Below are positions 36,914 to 45,880 of a stretch of 64,000 bases of DNA, piece by piece; the stretch's first letter is position 1, and every line of letters starts with the position of its first letter. The position numbers and the translations under genes were made by a program. Below the pieces are notes generated by a model, which did not search any database, was not told where the DNA came from, and worked only from the letters and a program-made list of their open reading frames with translations. Source of the DNA: Opitutia bacterium (GTDB lineage: Bacteria > Verrucomicrobiota > Verrucomicrobiia > Opitutales > JABJCN01); contig JAYPDO010000001.1 in NCBI GenBank assembly GCA_038125285.1, forward strand, positions 5,605 to 69,604, written 5' to 3'.

Positions 36914-39166
36914 TCAGTCCCGGGTAATGGTTTCGTGGAGGTTGAGGATGGTGCGGGCAACAGAGGTCCAGGCGGCAAGTTCCACAGGATCGAGCTTGGG
37001 ATCCGATTTGGACTCACCATTGGCCAGCAGTTCCTGGGCCGCTTTGGTATCGGATGAGAAGGCGGAATGGTGCTTTGCAAGGAGGCTAAGGAGGATATGG
37101 GTTTCCTCGTCAGAAGGTTCTCGGGAAAGTGCGAGCCGATACGCTTCAGCCAAACGCCCACTTGCGTCCATTTCGCCTAACATAAGCAAACGTGAAGCAA
37201 ATGCTTTTGCGGCTTCTACAAACGTAGGGTCGTTGAGGAGAACCAGCGCCTGGAGGGGGGTATTGGAAATAGGCCGGTTGGCCACACATTCCTCCCTGCT
37301 CGGAGCGTCGAAGGCCTGGAGGCTCGGGTGCCAGAAGCTCCTGCGCCAGAGGGTGTAGACCCCGCGACGATACAATTCCTCACCGTGGTCCTGGTCATAA
37401 CGCCCGGTGTTGTAGAGCCGGAACCAGTAGTTCGCCGGTTGGTAGGGCTTGACACTCCGGCCCCCGATTTTCGAGGAAAGCAGGCCACTGATAGCCAGGG
37501 CGTTGTCACGCACAAGTTCGGCTTCGAGCCGGAAAGCGGTTTGCTTTTCGAAAAGCTCGCCGGATGAAGGATGGGCGGAAGAGCGTTGGTAGGCCTCGGT
37601 CATCACGATTTGGCGGACAAGGCGTTTGATGTCCCAACCATTCTCCATGAAGTCGACCGCAAGCCAGTCCAAGAGTTCGGGGTGGGTAGGCCAGTCCCCT
37701 TGTGCACCAAAGTCGTCCAAGTTCCGTGACAAGCCCTTTCCGAAATACAGTTTCCAGACTCGGTTGACGAAGACCCGCGCAGTCAGTGGATTTTTGTCAG
37801 AAGCAATCCATTTGGCCAGATCAAGGCGTGTGGCACGCTCTTCGCCCGTGTCAATCTTCCCGAAGTAAGCCGGGATGGCTGGAAGTCGCTCCTCGCCGCT
37901 GTCGTCCAACCAATTCCCACGGGGCAGGACGCGGATCACCCTGGGTGCTGCCCGCATGGTTACAAGAGTCTGGGGCCAAGTTTTGGTGTCCGACACCTTT
38001 TTCAATGCCTCCTCCAGCGTCTTCTTTTCTTCGGGATCCGAGGCGTTGGCCAACTCCCCTTCCAGCCTAGCCTTTTCCGCGAGAATTTGTTCCGTCGGCA
38101 TAGGCGTATGGGCAGGATATCCTACCCCACTCTCCTTAATATCTGCGAAGAAGGCGGCCATGGAATAGAAGTCCTCCATGGAGAAAGGATCGTATTTATG
38201 GTCGTGGCATTCAGCGCATCCCATCGTCGTTCCCAGGAAAATGGCGGCGGTGTTTCGAACCCTGTCCGCCGCATATTTAGCTATATATTCCTTGGCCTGT
38301 GCCCCTCCCTCACTGGTGGTCTGGATCATCCGGTTCAGCCCGGAAGCGACCAAGTATTGGTTCGGCGCAGGTTTGTCCCACTTCAAAAGATCCCCGGCCA
38401 ACTGCTCCACGATGAACCGATCGTATGGCATGTTATCGTTGAATGCCCCAATGATGTAATCGCGGTACATCCAACATTCACGGAGCCGATCCTTATGGTA
38501 ACCAACAGAGTCGGCATAGCGCACCAAGTCCAGCCACATGATGGCAAGGCGCTCGCCAAAATGAGGGGATGCCAGGAGCCCGTCGACAATCCTGGAATAG
38601 GCCTCACGGGAAGGGGCATTGACGAACTTACGGACAACTTCCGGCCCAGGCGGAAGGCCCGTGATGTCCAGATGGAGACGACGTACCAAGGTGTGGGGAT
38701 CAGCCTGGGGAGCAAACTCCGCCCCATCCGCCTGGATCCGCCGGTTCAAGAAACGGTCGGTATCGGTTATCCCCAGAATGTCCGGCACCGGTGGTTTTAC
38801 GGGGGGGATCCAAGCCCAATGGCCTTCCCACCCGGCTCCCTCCCGTATCCATTGCCGGACAAGTTCCCGCTCCTTTGCGGAAAGCGGCTTACCCGAATCT
38901 GGCGGGGGCATGGTCTCCTCGGGGTCTTTGTGGGTAATACGGAGGTACAATTCACTTTTCCCTTCCTGCCCGGGGATTAGTGCTTTGGCCAGCCCCCCTT
39001 CTGTATCCAGCCTCAAATTGGCTTTTCGCTTGTTCTCATCCGGCCCATGGCAAACGAAACACTTGTCCGAAAGGATGGGCCGGATATCCCGGTTGAAGCG
39101 CACTGGCCCGGCAACTGCCTGGAGTCCGATGGATGCTGAAAGTAGGAATGTTACAGGAAATTTCAT
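36914..39166 (-). CDS. PSCyt1 / DUF1549 / DUF1553 protein (compact version)
   Basis: Signal peptide MKFPVTFLLSASIGLQAVAG from the ATG at 39166. CFVCHGPDENKRKANLRLD. LVRRLHLDITGLPP. GCAECHDHKYDP. DUF1553 C-terminal blocks. Confidence 0.9.
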   Translation of the reverse strand: MKFPVTFLLSASIGLQAVAGPVRFNRDIRPILSDKCFVCHGPDENKRKANLRLDTEGGLAKALIPGQEGKSELYLRITHKDPEETMPPPDSGKPLSAKERELVRQWIREGAGWEGHWAWIPPVKPPVPDILGITDTDRFLNRRIQADGAEFAPQADPHTLVRRLHLDITGLPPGPEVVRKFVNAPSREAYSRIVDGLLASPHFGERLAIMWLDLVRYADSVGYHKDRLRECWMYRDYIIGAFNDNMPYDRFIVEQLAGDLLKWDKPAPNQYLVASGLNRMIQTTSEGGAQAKEYIAKYAADRVRNTAAIFLGTTMGCAECHDHKYDPFSMEDFYSMAAFFADIKESGVGYPAHTPMPTEQILAEKARLEGELANASDPEEKKTLEEALKKVSDTKTWPQTLVTMRAAPRVIRVLPRGNWLDDSGEERLPAIPAYFGKIDTGEERATRLDLAKWIASDKNPLTARVFVNRVWKLYFGKGLSRNLDDFGAQGDWPTHPELLDWLAVDFMENGWDIKRLVRQIVMTEAYQRSSAHPSSGELFEKQTAFRLEAELVRDNALAISGLLSSKIGGRSVKPYQPANYWFRLYNTGRYDQDHGEELYRRGVYTLWRRSFWHPSLQAFDAPSREECVANRPISNTPLQALVLLNDPTFVEAAKAFASRLLMLGEMDASGRLAEAYRLALSREPSDEETHILLSLLAKHHSAFSSDTKAAQELLANGESKSDPKLDPVELAAWTSVARTILNLHETITRD

Positions 39167-39357
39167 AGGTCGGGAACCGGTGTGTAAGAGGACGGCAATG
39201 CATGCTTTGCCAACAAAATTTTTCTGAGTGCCATTGAAATGCGCCCATTCGGTTGGATTGCGCTTGCCTTGCAAAGGCAATCCTGGATAGCTACCAGGAC
39301 TTACCCCGGACACACTCCCTATACCCGAACAATCATTTCCCTAAACTGCGCAAAACC

Positions 39358-40683
39358 ATGGCGAAGTTCCGCTACACTGCGATCGACACAGAAGGCAACC
39401 AAAAGACCGGCAGGGTCACGGCAGGGAGCCCGGAGGAAGCACAGGAGAAGTTGGAATCCAACGGCTTCTTTGTGCAGGAATTGGAAGAAGAAACCAAAGG
39501 CGGGGCAAATGGGCCGGCTCCCGGCAGGGCAAAAAAACGGGGCCAAAACTTCACGGACGTAGGGGACGACTACGCAAAGGAGCAAAAGGACAGGAAAAAG
39601 AAGAAGAAAAAAATAGGAGGGAAGGTCACCAAAGCCGAGCTGACCTCCTTCACCCGCCAAGTCGCCATCCTCTTGAAAGCAGGCCTCCCCTTGTTGCGGA
39701 GCCTGGAAGTCATGATTCGGCAGCAGCGCAACCCTGCGTTCAAGGACGTGATCGAGGGGTTGGCCGACTATGTCCGCTCGGGGAATTCCTTTTCGGACGG
39801 CCTTGAGACCAACCCCAAACTCTTCGACAACCTCTACACCAACATGGTCCGGGCAGGGGAGGCCGGAGGCGTGCTGGAGACGGTACTGGACCGCTTGGCC
39901 GGGTTCATGGAAAAGGCGGAAAAGACCCGCAAGAAGGTAAAATCCGCCATGACCTATCCCGCCGTCGTTGTCTCTGTGGCGGTATTGGTGGTGACCATCC
40001 TGATGGTCTTCGTCGTCCCCCAATTCGAACAAATTTTCAAGGACATGGGCAACGGTGCTAAAATGCCGACCCTCACCCAAATCGTAATCAACATCAGCAA
40101 TTTCATGGGGGCTTTGTTCACCAACCCCATCGTCTTCCTACTGACGGCCGCAGCCATTACCGGGTTATGGTATGCCTTCAAGATGTTTGCCAACAGCGAC
40201 ATCGGCAAAAAGCTCCTCCACAAACTTTACATGAAGCTCCCTGCCCTCGGCCCCATGATCGAAATGATCAATATGGGGCGGTTCACCAGGACCTTCGGGA
40301 CCCTGATGGAGAGCGGCGTGCCCATCCTCCAGGCCATGACCATCAGTACGGACATCATCGACAATGTCCACTATGTGGCCTCCCTCCGCAAAGTCCACGA
40401 CAGCGTCCGGGACGGGGAGTCCGTGACCGCACCAATGCAGCGAGACCCGATTTTCCCGGTGATGCTGGCCAGCATGGTCGAAGTCGGGGAAGAGACGGGG
40501 CAACTTCCCGAGATGCTCAACCAGATCGCGGACGGGTATGACGAAGAGCTGGACAACGCCGTAGGTGCCCTCACCTCCATCATCGAACCCGTCCTCATCG
40601 TGTTCCTGGCCGTGGTCGTCGGTTTCATAGTCATCGCCCTGTTCCTGCCTATCATCGGCATCATGCAAAACATGGGGACGTAA
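39358..40683 (+). CDS. GspF/PilC-family platform protein
   Basis: MAKFRYTAIDTEGNQKTGRV start (ATG at 39358). Duplicated T2SSF domains (FTRQVAILLKAGLPLLRSLE and FTRTFGTLMESGVPILQAM). Three or more transmembrane segments. A Lys-rich linker follows the N-domain. Confidence 0.9.
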   Translation: MAKFRYTAIDTEGNQKTGRVTAGSPEEAQEKLESNGFFVQELEEETKGGANGPAPGRAKKRGQNFTDVGDDYAKEQKDRKKKKKKIGGKVTKAELTSFTRQVAILLKAGLPLLRSLEVMIRQQRNPAFKDVIEGLADYVRSGNSFSDGLETNPKLFDNLYTNMVRAGEAGGVLETVLDRLAGFMEKAEKTRKKVKSAMTYPAVVVSVAVLVVTILMVFVVPQFEQIFKDMGNGAKMPTLTQIVINISNFMGALFTNPIVFLLTAAAITGLWYAFKMFANSDIGKKLLHKLYMKLPALGPMIEMINMGRFTRTFGTLMESGVPILQAMTISTDIIDNVHYVASLRKVHDSVRDGESVTAPMQRDPIFPVMLASMVEVGEETGQLPEMLNQIADGYDEELDNAVGALTSIIEPVLIVFLAVVVGFIVIALFLPIIGIMQNMGT

Positions 40684-40742
40684 ACCCCAAACAAACAGGG
40701 GAAAGCGGAAGAGATATTCAATTATTGTTGCGCACACGCACT

Positions 40743-40763
40743 GAACCCAAAACCCAAGTACCC
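40743..40763 (+). repeat. Tandem heptads GAACCCA AAACCCA AGTACCC in a 5' leader
   Basis: Read directly from the sequence. It ends 2 nt before the ATG at 40766. Confidence 0.6.
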
Positions 40764-40765
40764 AC

Positions 40766-42229
40766 ATGCACTCCACCTCACGTAGAAAACTCCTCAAGAC
40801 CGGTCTCGCCGCCGGTGCCGGCATCTCCATCACCACCCAATTCCAATCCACATGGGCCGGCGTCCAAGGTGCGAATTCCGACATCCGGGTCGGCGTCATC
40901 GGGTGCGGCGGAAAAGGCTCCGCCCACGCCCGCCACCTGCTGAGCCTCAAGGACAAAATGGGTGTCCGCGTCACCGCCGTGTGCGACCCCGACACCGTGG
41001 CCATCGAACGCCAACAAAAGACCTTCGCCGACTCCAAGACCAAGCTCAACACCTACACGGACGTCCGCAAGTTCCTCGAACTCAAGGAGCTGGACGCCGT
41101 CGTCATCGCTACCCCGAACCACTGGCACACCCTGGCGGCCATCTGGGCACTCCAGGCCGGCAAGCACGTTTACGTGGAAAAGCCCGTTTCCCACAATATC
41201 TGGGAAGGCGGCCAGCTCGTCAAAGCCTCGGAAAAATACAACAAGCAAATCGTCCAACACGGTATGCAACGCCGCTCCGCGGAAGGCTGGCACCAAATCA
41301 TGGATTGGATCAAGGACGAGCCCCTGGGCAAAATGCGCTACTCCCACGGCTTCTGCTACAAACCCCGCAAAAGCATCGGCTTGGTAGACGGCCCCCAGCA
41401 AGCCCCGGAAACCGTGGACTACGAACTTTGGAGCGGACCGCGCGGGAAGCTCCCGATCATGCGCCAACGCTTCCACTACGACTGGCACTGGCAATGGCCC
41501 TATGGAAATGGTGACATCGGCAACCAAGGCCCCCACCAGCTAGACGTCGCGCGCTGGGCGCTCGGCCAGAACTCGCTCCCCTCCCATGTCCTTAGCGTAG
41601 GTTGCCGCCTGGGCTATAAGGACAACGGCGACTCCGCTAATACCCAGATCGCATTTTTCGATTACAAGCCCTGCCCCCTCATCTTCGAAGTCCGCGGTTT
41701 GCCGCGAAAAGGCCTCGATTGGGACCAAAGCATGGACAGTTACAAAGGCATCCGAATCGGGAACGTCATTCACTTCGAAGGTGGCTACATCGCAGAAAGT
41801 GCAGCCTACGACAAGGACGGCAAACGCCTTAAGAAATTCGACGACGTCAGCGGCAACGGCCACATGGAGAACTACATCAAGTCGATCCGCGAAGGCAAAC
41901 AGCTCGACACTTCTCGCGTGCACCACGGCCACTGGTCAGCCGCACTCGGCCACATGGCCAACTCCTCTTATCGGCTAGGCAAGGAAGCCAGCCCGGACCA
42001 GATCAAGGAAGCCATCGGGGACAACGCCGACTTCCAAGACTCCTTCGCCCGCATGGCCGCCCACTTGGACGCTAACGGGGTCGACATCACCAAGGAAAAA
42101 GTCGCCCTGGGCATGGCCATGAACCTGGATCCAAAGACGGAAAAATTCGTCGGGGCTGGTGCATGCGAAGCCAATGACGTGGAACGCGGCAAATACGTAG
42201 CACCCTTCGTGGTACCGGAGAAAGTGTAA
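40766..42229 (+). CDS. Gfo/Idh/MocA-family oxidoreductase with Tat signal
   Basis: SRRKLLKTGLAAGAG twin-arginine signal. IRVGVIGCGGKGSAH Rossmann motif. ATPNHWH. EKP. Confidence 0.85.
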   Translation: MHSTSRRKLLKTGLAAGAGISITTQFQSTWAGVQGANSDIRVGVIGCGGKGSAHARHLLSLKDKMGVRVTAVCDPDTVAIERQQKTFADSKTKLNTYTDVRKFLELKELDAVVIATPNHWHTLAAIWALQAGKHVYVEKPVSHNIWEGGQLVKASEKYNKQIVQHGMQRRSAEGWHQIMDWIKDEPLGKMRYSHGFCYKPRKSIGLVDGPQQAPETVDYELWSGPRGKLPIMRQRFHYDWHWQWPYGNGDIGNQGPHQLDVARWALGQNSLPSHVLSVGCRLGYKDNGDSANTQIAFFDYKPCPLIFEVRGLPRKGLDWDQSMDSYKGIRIGNVIHFEGGYIAESAAYDKDGKRLKKFDDVSGNGHMENYIKSIREGKQLDTSRVHHGHWSAALGHMANSSYRLGKEASPDQIKEAIGDNADFQDSFARMAAHLDANGVDITKEKVALGMAMNLDPKTEKFVGAGACEANDVERGKYVAPFVVPEKV

Positions 42230-42256
42230 GCCTCCCCTCGCAGTAACTTACTGAAC

Positions 42257-42298
42257 AAGTCCTATAGGGCAAATGCGTCCTATAGGACTTATGTTTTT
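42257..42298 (+). terminator. Rho-independent terminator after the oxidoreductase gene
   Basis: 12-bp stem aagtcctatagg / cctataggactt (42257-42268 / 42279-42290) followed by ATGTTTTT. Confidence 0.65.
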
Positions 42299-42303
42299 GG
42301 ACA

Positions 42304-42666
42304 TCAGAACCCGTTGTCCAGGTTCTGATAAAGTTTGTCGACCGCTAATTGGTCCAACCCGAGCATCCCGGAGAAGTGGGTGATCCATTGCTTCTCGTTT
42401 TCATGGAGTTCGCCGTCGGCCAAACAAAGGCGCATCATGTCCTCCATGTTCTGGATTTGCTGGGAATAGGTGCCCACGACCTTGCAGTCATACCCCTCTT
42501 CGGCAAAAAGGGCGTAAGCCGTGTCCAGGTCGTCGATATTCGCGCCGAGCCTGGCCAGAACCTTGTTCAAGACCATGTCCTCCTGGGGGCAAAGGTGCCC
42601 GTCCGCATAGACGATGGCCAACAGGTTTGCCAAATAGTAGTGCAGCGGACCGGGATCAGTGTCCAA
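42304..42666 (-). CDS. TerB-like (tellurite-resistance TerB / DjlA-N fold) domain protein; only a TTG start is available
   Basis: Two ADG....E repeats (VYADGHLCPQED and LADGELHENEKQ). No ATG start. It is in the same frame as the upstream ORF 42727-43035, separated by one TAG. Confidence 0.5.
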   Translation of the reverse strand: MDTDPGPLHYYLANLLAIVYADGHLCPQEDMVLNKVLARLGANIDDLDTAYALFAEEGYDCKVVGTYSQQIQNMEDMMRLCLADGELHENEKQWITHFSGMLGLDQLAVDKLYQNLDNGF

Positions 42667-42726
42667 CAGCTCGGACTCAGGGATAAGGATGCTCGCGTCG
42701 TCCAGGAAACAAGCCCTGCTGAAGAG

Positions 42727-43035
42727 CTAGTCGAAATGGTTATATTTAATATGCACATGAACCTTGTCCCCGCGGGAAAGTTTGGCCACTTCCTGGTTCC
42801 TCGCCTTGGGGAACATGATCTCGGCCTCCGCACCCGAAGCGTCGTTCATATGCCCTTGGATACAACGCCCGCCCTTGTACTCTTCAGGGATATTGTAGCA
42901 TAGCGTCCAGGAGACCCGGATAATTTGGAAATCCATTGAATAGGCCTCCGTGCCGAGGTTTTCCTCCAGGAAGTTCTCCTGTTCGGAGGTGATCTTGGCT
43001 GCATTGATGCCCTTGAGGGCTTCTGCGGGGTTCAT
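42727..43035 (-). CDS. Hypothetical protein (102 aa), possibly the N-terminal part of an interrupted 243-codon gene
   Basis: ATG at 43035, 29 nt after the upstream permease stop. No family recognised. It ends at a TAG (42727-42729) in frame with 42304-42666. Confidence 0.45.
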   Translation of the reverse strand: MNPAEALKGINAAKITSEQENFLEENLGTEAYSMDFQIIRVSWTLCYNIPEEYKGGRCIQGHMNDASGAEAEIMFPKARNQEVAKLSRGDKVHVHIKYNHFD

Positions 43036-43063
43036 GGGCAGTTTTTGGGGAATGGGGTTCGTA

Positions 43064-43915
43064 TCAAATCACATCGGCGAACGTCCTCTCCGTCTTCCTG
43101 AAGTACCAAGTGCCAAGGAGCAGGAAACAGAACGCGCTGGCCATCGAAATATAAAGGGAAGGCAGGTACAAGGAAGTATGCCCCTGGTTGAACATCCAAC
43201 GGAAACCGTTGATGACCCCGACCATTGGGTTCAAGGAAACCAACATCTTCACCTCCTCCTTCCATTCGGGGCTGATCTTGTCCGAAACGTCAATGTCGCC
43301 TAGGTCCCAGAGGATCGGCGATGCGTAGAGCCCGATCTGAACAACGAACGGCACGATGTAGCGGAAGTCCCGGAAACGAACGTTCAAGGCTGTAAACAAA
43401 AGCCCGGGACCCAACGCGGCCAGGAAAGCCAGGAGGGTAAAGGCCGGGAGGTACAAAATCCTGTAGGTGGGGGCGAATTGGTAGATCGCCATCAAACCCG
43501 CAAGGAGGCATAGCGAAATCGCAAAGTCTACCAGGCTGGTGATCACCGAACTTGCCGGGACGACCAAGCGCGGGAAATACACCTTGGAAACCAAGTTTGC
43601 ATTGACCACCAAACTGTTGCTCGCTTCCGCCAAGGCCGTCGCAAAAAAAAGCCAGGGCATTTGGGCGACAAAGATGAAGATCGGCGCAGGCACATCCCCG
43701 CTCGTCTCGAAGCGCATGAAGTAAGTCCTAACCAATACAAAGACTGCCATCATCAGCAAAGGCCGGACAACCGCCCAGGCCACACCGATGACCGTCTGCT
43801 TGTAGCGCACCAGGATATCACGCCATGCGAGGAAATAGAAAAGCTCGCGGTAGCGCCATACGTCGAACCAATACTGCTTCTCGGTGTTGCCTGCCTCAAT
43901 GACGATCCTGGACAT
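43064..43915 (-). CDS. ABC-2 type transporter permease (Wzm/TagG/KpsM-like)
   Basis: YRELFYFLAWRDILVRYKQTVIGVAWAVVRPLL signature and six predicted transmembrane segments. Confidence 0.85.
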   Translation of the reverse strand: MSRIVIEAGNTEKQYWFDVWRYRELFYFLAWRDILVRYKQTVIGVAWAVVRPLLMMAVFVLVRTYFMRFETSGDVPAPIFIFVAQMPWLFFATALAEASNSLVVNANLVSKVYFPRLVVPASSVITSLVDFAISLCLLAGLMAIYQFAPTYRILYLPAFTLLAFLAALGPGLLFTALNVRFRDFRYIVPFVVQIGLYASPILWDLGDIDVSDKISPEWKEEVKMLVSLNPMVGVINGFRWMFNQGHTSLYLPSLYISMASAFCFLLLGTWYFRKTERTFADVI

Positions 43916-44003
43916 ATGGGGGCGTAGCGTTACGGCCTACGCCCAATGTGGCAACCATCATTTGAATAGCAAGTCAACAACCCGCAAACTCCTAACCCGA
44001 ACC

Positions 44004-45179
44004 TCACTCGGCCACGCGGTAGAACCGTTGGACGCGCTTGGTGATGGAGCAAAGGCATTCGTAAGGGATGGAATGGGCACGGGAGGCAAAATCGGTTAGG
44101 GAAATTTCTTCCCCATGGTCCTGGCCAATGAAGGTGGCGGTTTGGCCGGGTGCGGGATTGGGGAGTTGGGAGGCATCGACGATGGTTTGGTCCATGGTGA
44201 CGCGGCCGAGGATGGGGAGGCGGTGGCCGTCGACTAGAACTTCCCCGCAGTTGCTGAGCGCCAGGGGGATGCCGTCTCCATAGCCTCCGGTGAGTACGGC
44301 GACGATGGTGTCCTTTTCCAGGATGTGGGTACGGCCATAGCTGATCCCTGTCCCGGCGGGGAGTTTTTTGACGAGACCTACTTTGGTGTAGAAACTCAGG
44401 ACCGGCTCGACCTGAACATTGGCGAGGATGGATTCCGGATTGGGGGGAACCCCGTATTGGAGGAGGCCGACGCGAACTGCGTTTACCGGGGAATTGCCGC
44501 CGATGGATTCCAGCGAACTGCTGCTGTCGGCATGGATCAGGAGAGGTTCCCCATCGTGTTTCTGCCGGAATGTCTCAGTAGAACAAAGGAAAAGCTCCCG
44601 TTGGGCTTCAGTAAATTCGGGATCCCCGGTGGAATCGGCAAAGTGGGTATAGAGCCCTTCGATTTGTAGATGGGGTAGGCTGCGGCAAGTAACCAGGAGT
44701 GATTCCGCCTCGGAATGCCAAACCCCCGCACGCCCCATCCCAGTGTCAATCTTGATGTGGACGGGAAGTTGGGTACGGTGCCATTTGGCGAAGTCATTGA
44801 ACCGGAGGGCTTCTTCCAAAGTGGAGATGGTGGCGATCAGGTCGTAATCCAGTAGGGCGTCTTCTTCGCCTGGCAGGATCGGACTGAGGACAAGGATGGG
44901 CCATCCGCTGCCGATCTCCCGGATTTGTGCGCCTTCCAAGACATTGGCCACAGCAAAGATCTCGGCACCGCATTGGATCAACCGTGAAACGACCGGATGG
45001 ATGCCGTGCCCATAGGCATCAGCCTTGACCACTGCCACATACCGGATGCCCTGAGGCAACCCGGCTTTGATACGGCGGAGGTTTCGCTCCAGGGCGGCAA
45101 GGTCGATATCGGCCCAACAACGTGCCTGTGGAAGGGGGGGCATTTGGGGTGGAGAGTAAGGAGTGGAGGGAGGTAACAA
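44004..45179 (-). CDS. alr: Alanine racemase
   Basis: AVVKADAYGHG PLP-lysine motif. C-terminal GYGDG and VTMDQ. The alternative start MPPLPQARCWADIDL is at 45143. Confidence 0.9.
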   Translation of the reverse strand: MLPPSTPYSPPQMPPLPQARCWADIDLAALERNLRRIKAGLPQGIRYVAVVKADAYGHGIHPVVSRLIQCGAEIFAVANVLEGAQIREIGSGWPILVLSPILPGEEDALLDYDLIATISTLEEALRFNDFAKWHRTQLPVHIKIDTGMGRAGVWHSEAESLLVTCRSLPHLQIEGLYTHFADSTGDPEFTEAQRELFLCSTETFRQKHDGEPLLIHADSSSSLESIGGNSPVNAVRVGLLQYGVPPNPESILANVQVEPVLSFYTKVGLVKKLPAGTGISYGRTHILEKDTIVAVLTGGYGDGIPLALSNCGEVLVDGHRLPILGRVTMDQTIVDASQLPNPAPGQTATFIGQDHGEEISLTDFASRAHSIPYECLCSITKRVQRFYRVAE

Positions 45180-45193
45180 CTAACCGCTAATTG

Positions 45194-45856
45194 CTAACAG
45201 CTAGCCGCTTTCGAGTGCCGTTGGGGAACCCATTTTTTGAAAGTCGGTACGATTTCGGGGAAAACGGTTGGCTTTTCAACGGTTTGGAATAGGCCAGGGA
45301 TCTGGAGGATTTCGGTAAGTGCCGGGAGGTACGGGGAAAGGGGTTGGCTGGAAATTGGGGGCGATGTTGCGAATTTGCGTTGGGGTAGATGGTAAAGGTT
45401 GCCTTCAAGTTTGGAGACTTCGTCATCACTTAGGGTGTTCATGGTGGAGATATTGCCGTTTTCGTGGGCGACCTGGTACCAAGTGTCTTTCCGGTGTTGG
45501 GCGAGGAGTGTGAAAGCGGGCGGGGCATCCGGGCAAAGACCATGGAGGGCGGCGTAGGCCGGGAGGGTATGCGCTGCTTGGAGGCGGAGGCCTGGGTAGG
45601 CCGTTTTCCATGTGGAGATGGCCATGCAGGCGATGCGAAGGCCTAGGGAGGATCCGGGGCCGCAAATGTAGTGTAGGGACTGGATGTCGGGGAAACGGAT
45701 CCCGGTTTCCAGTAGCATGCTTGCTAGTTCGTCGAAAAGGAAAGCGAGGGCGTTGGCTTCAGCGCAACGCAGGGCGAGGATCCTGTCCTCGCGAACCAAA
45801 GCAATGTTGGTGTCTTGAGTGCTGGTGTCCAGCCAGAGTGTGGTTTTGAGAGGCAT
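45194..45856 (-). CDS. tsaB: tRNA t6A biosynthesis protein TsaB (YeaZ)
   Basis: LWLDTSTQDTNIALV and ICGPGSSLGLRIACMAISTW (GPGSFTGLRIG-type motif). Confidence 0.8.
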   Translation of the reverse strand: MPLKTTLWLDTSTQDTNIALVREDRILALRCAEANALAFLFDELASMLLETGIRFPDIQSLHYICGPGSSLGLRIACMAISTWKTAYPGLRLQAAHTLPAYAALHGLCPDAPPAFTLLAQHRKDTWYQVAHENGNISTMNTLSDDEVSKLEGNLYHLPQRKFATSPPISSQPLSPYLPALTEILQIPGLFQTVEKPTVFPEIVPTFKKWVPQRHSKAASC

Positions 45857-45880
45857 CCGGAGTCCCCTTACCGGGCAAGG

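Noticed and set aside
867-43035. Stop-codon reassignment or programmed recoding as an explanation for the in-frame TAA, TAG and TGA codons.
   Set aside because: All three stop codons are involved, and all three also terminate well-conserved genes at the expected positions. No Pyl or Sec machinery or SECIS-like context was seen.
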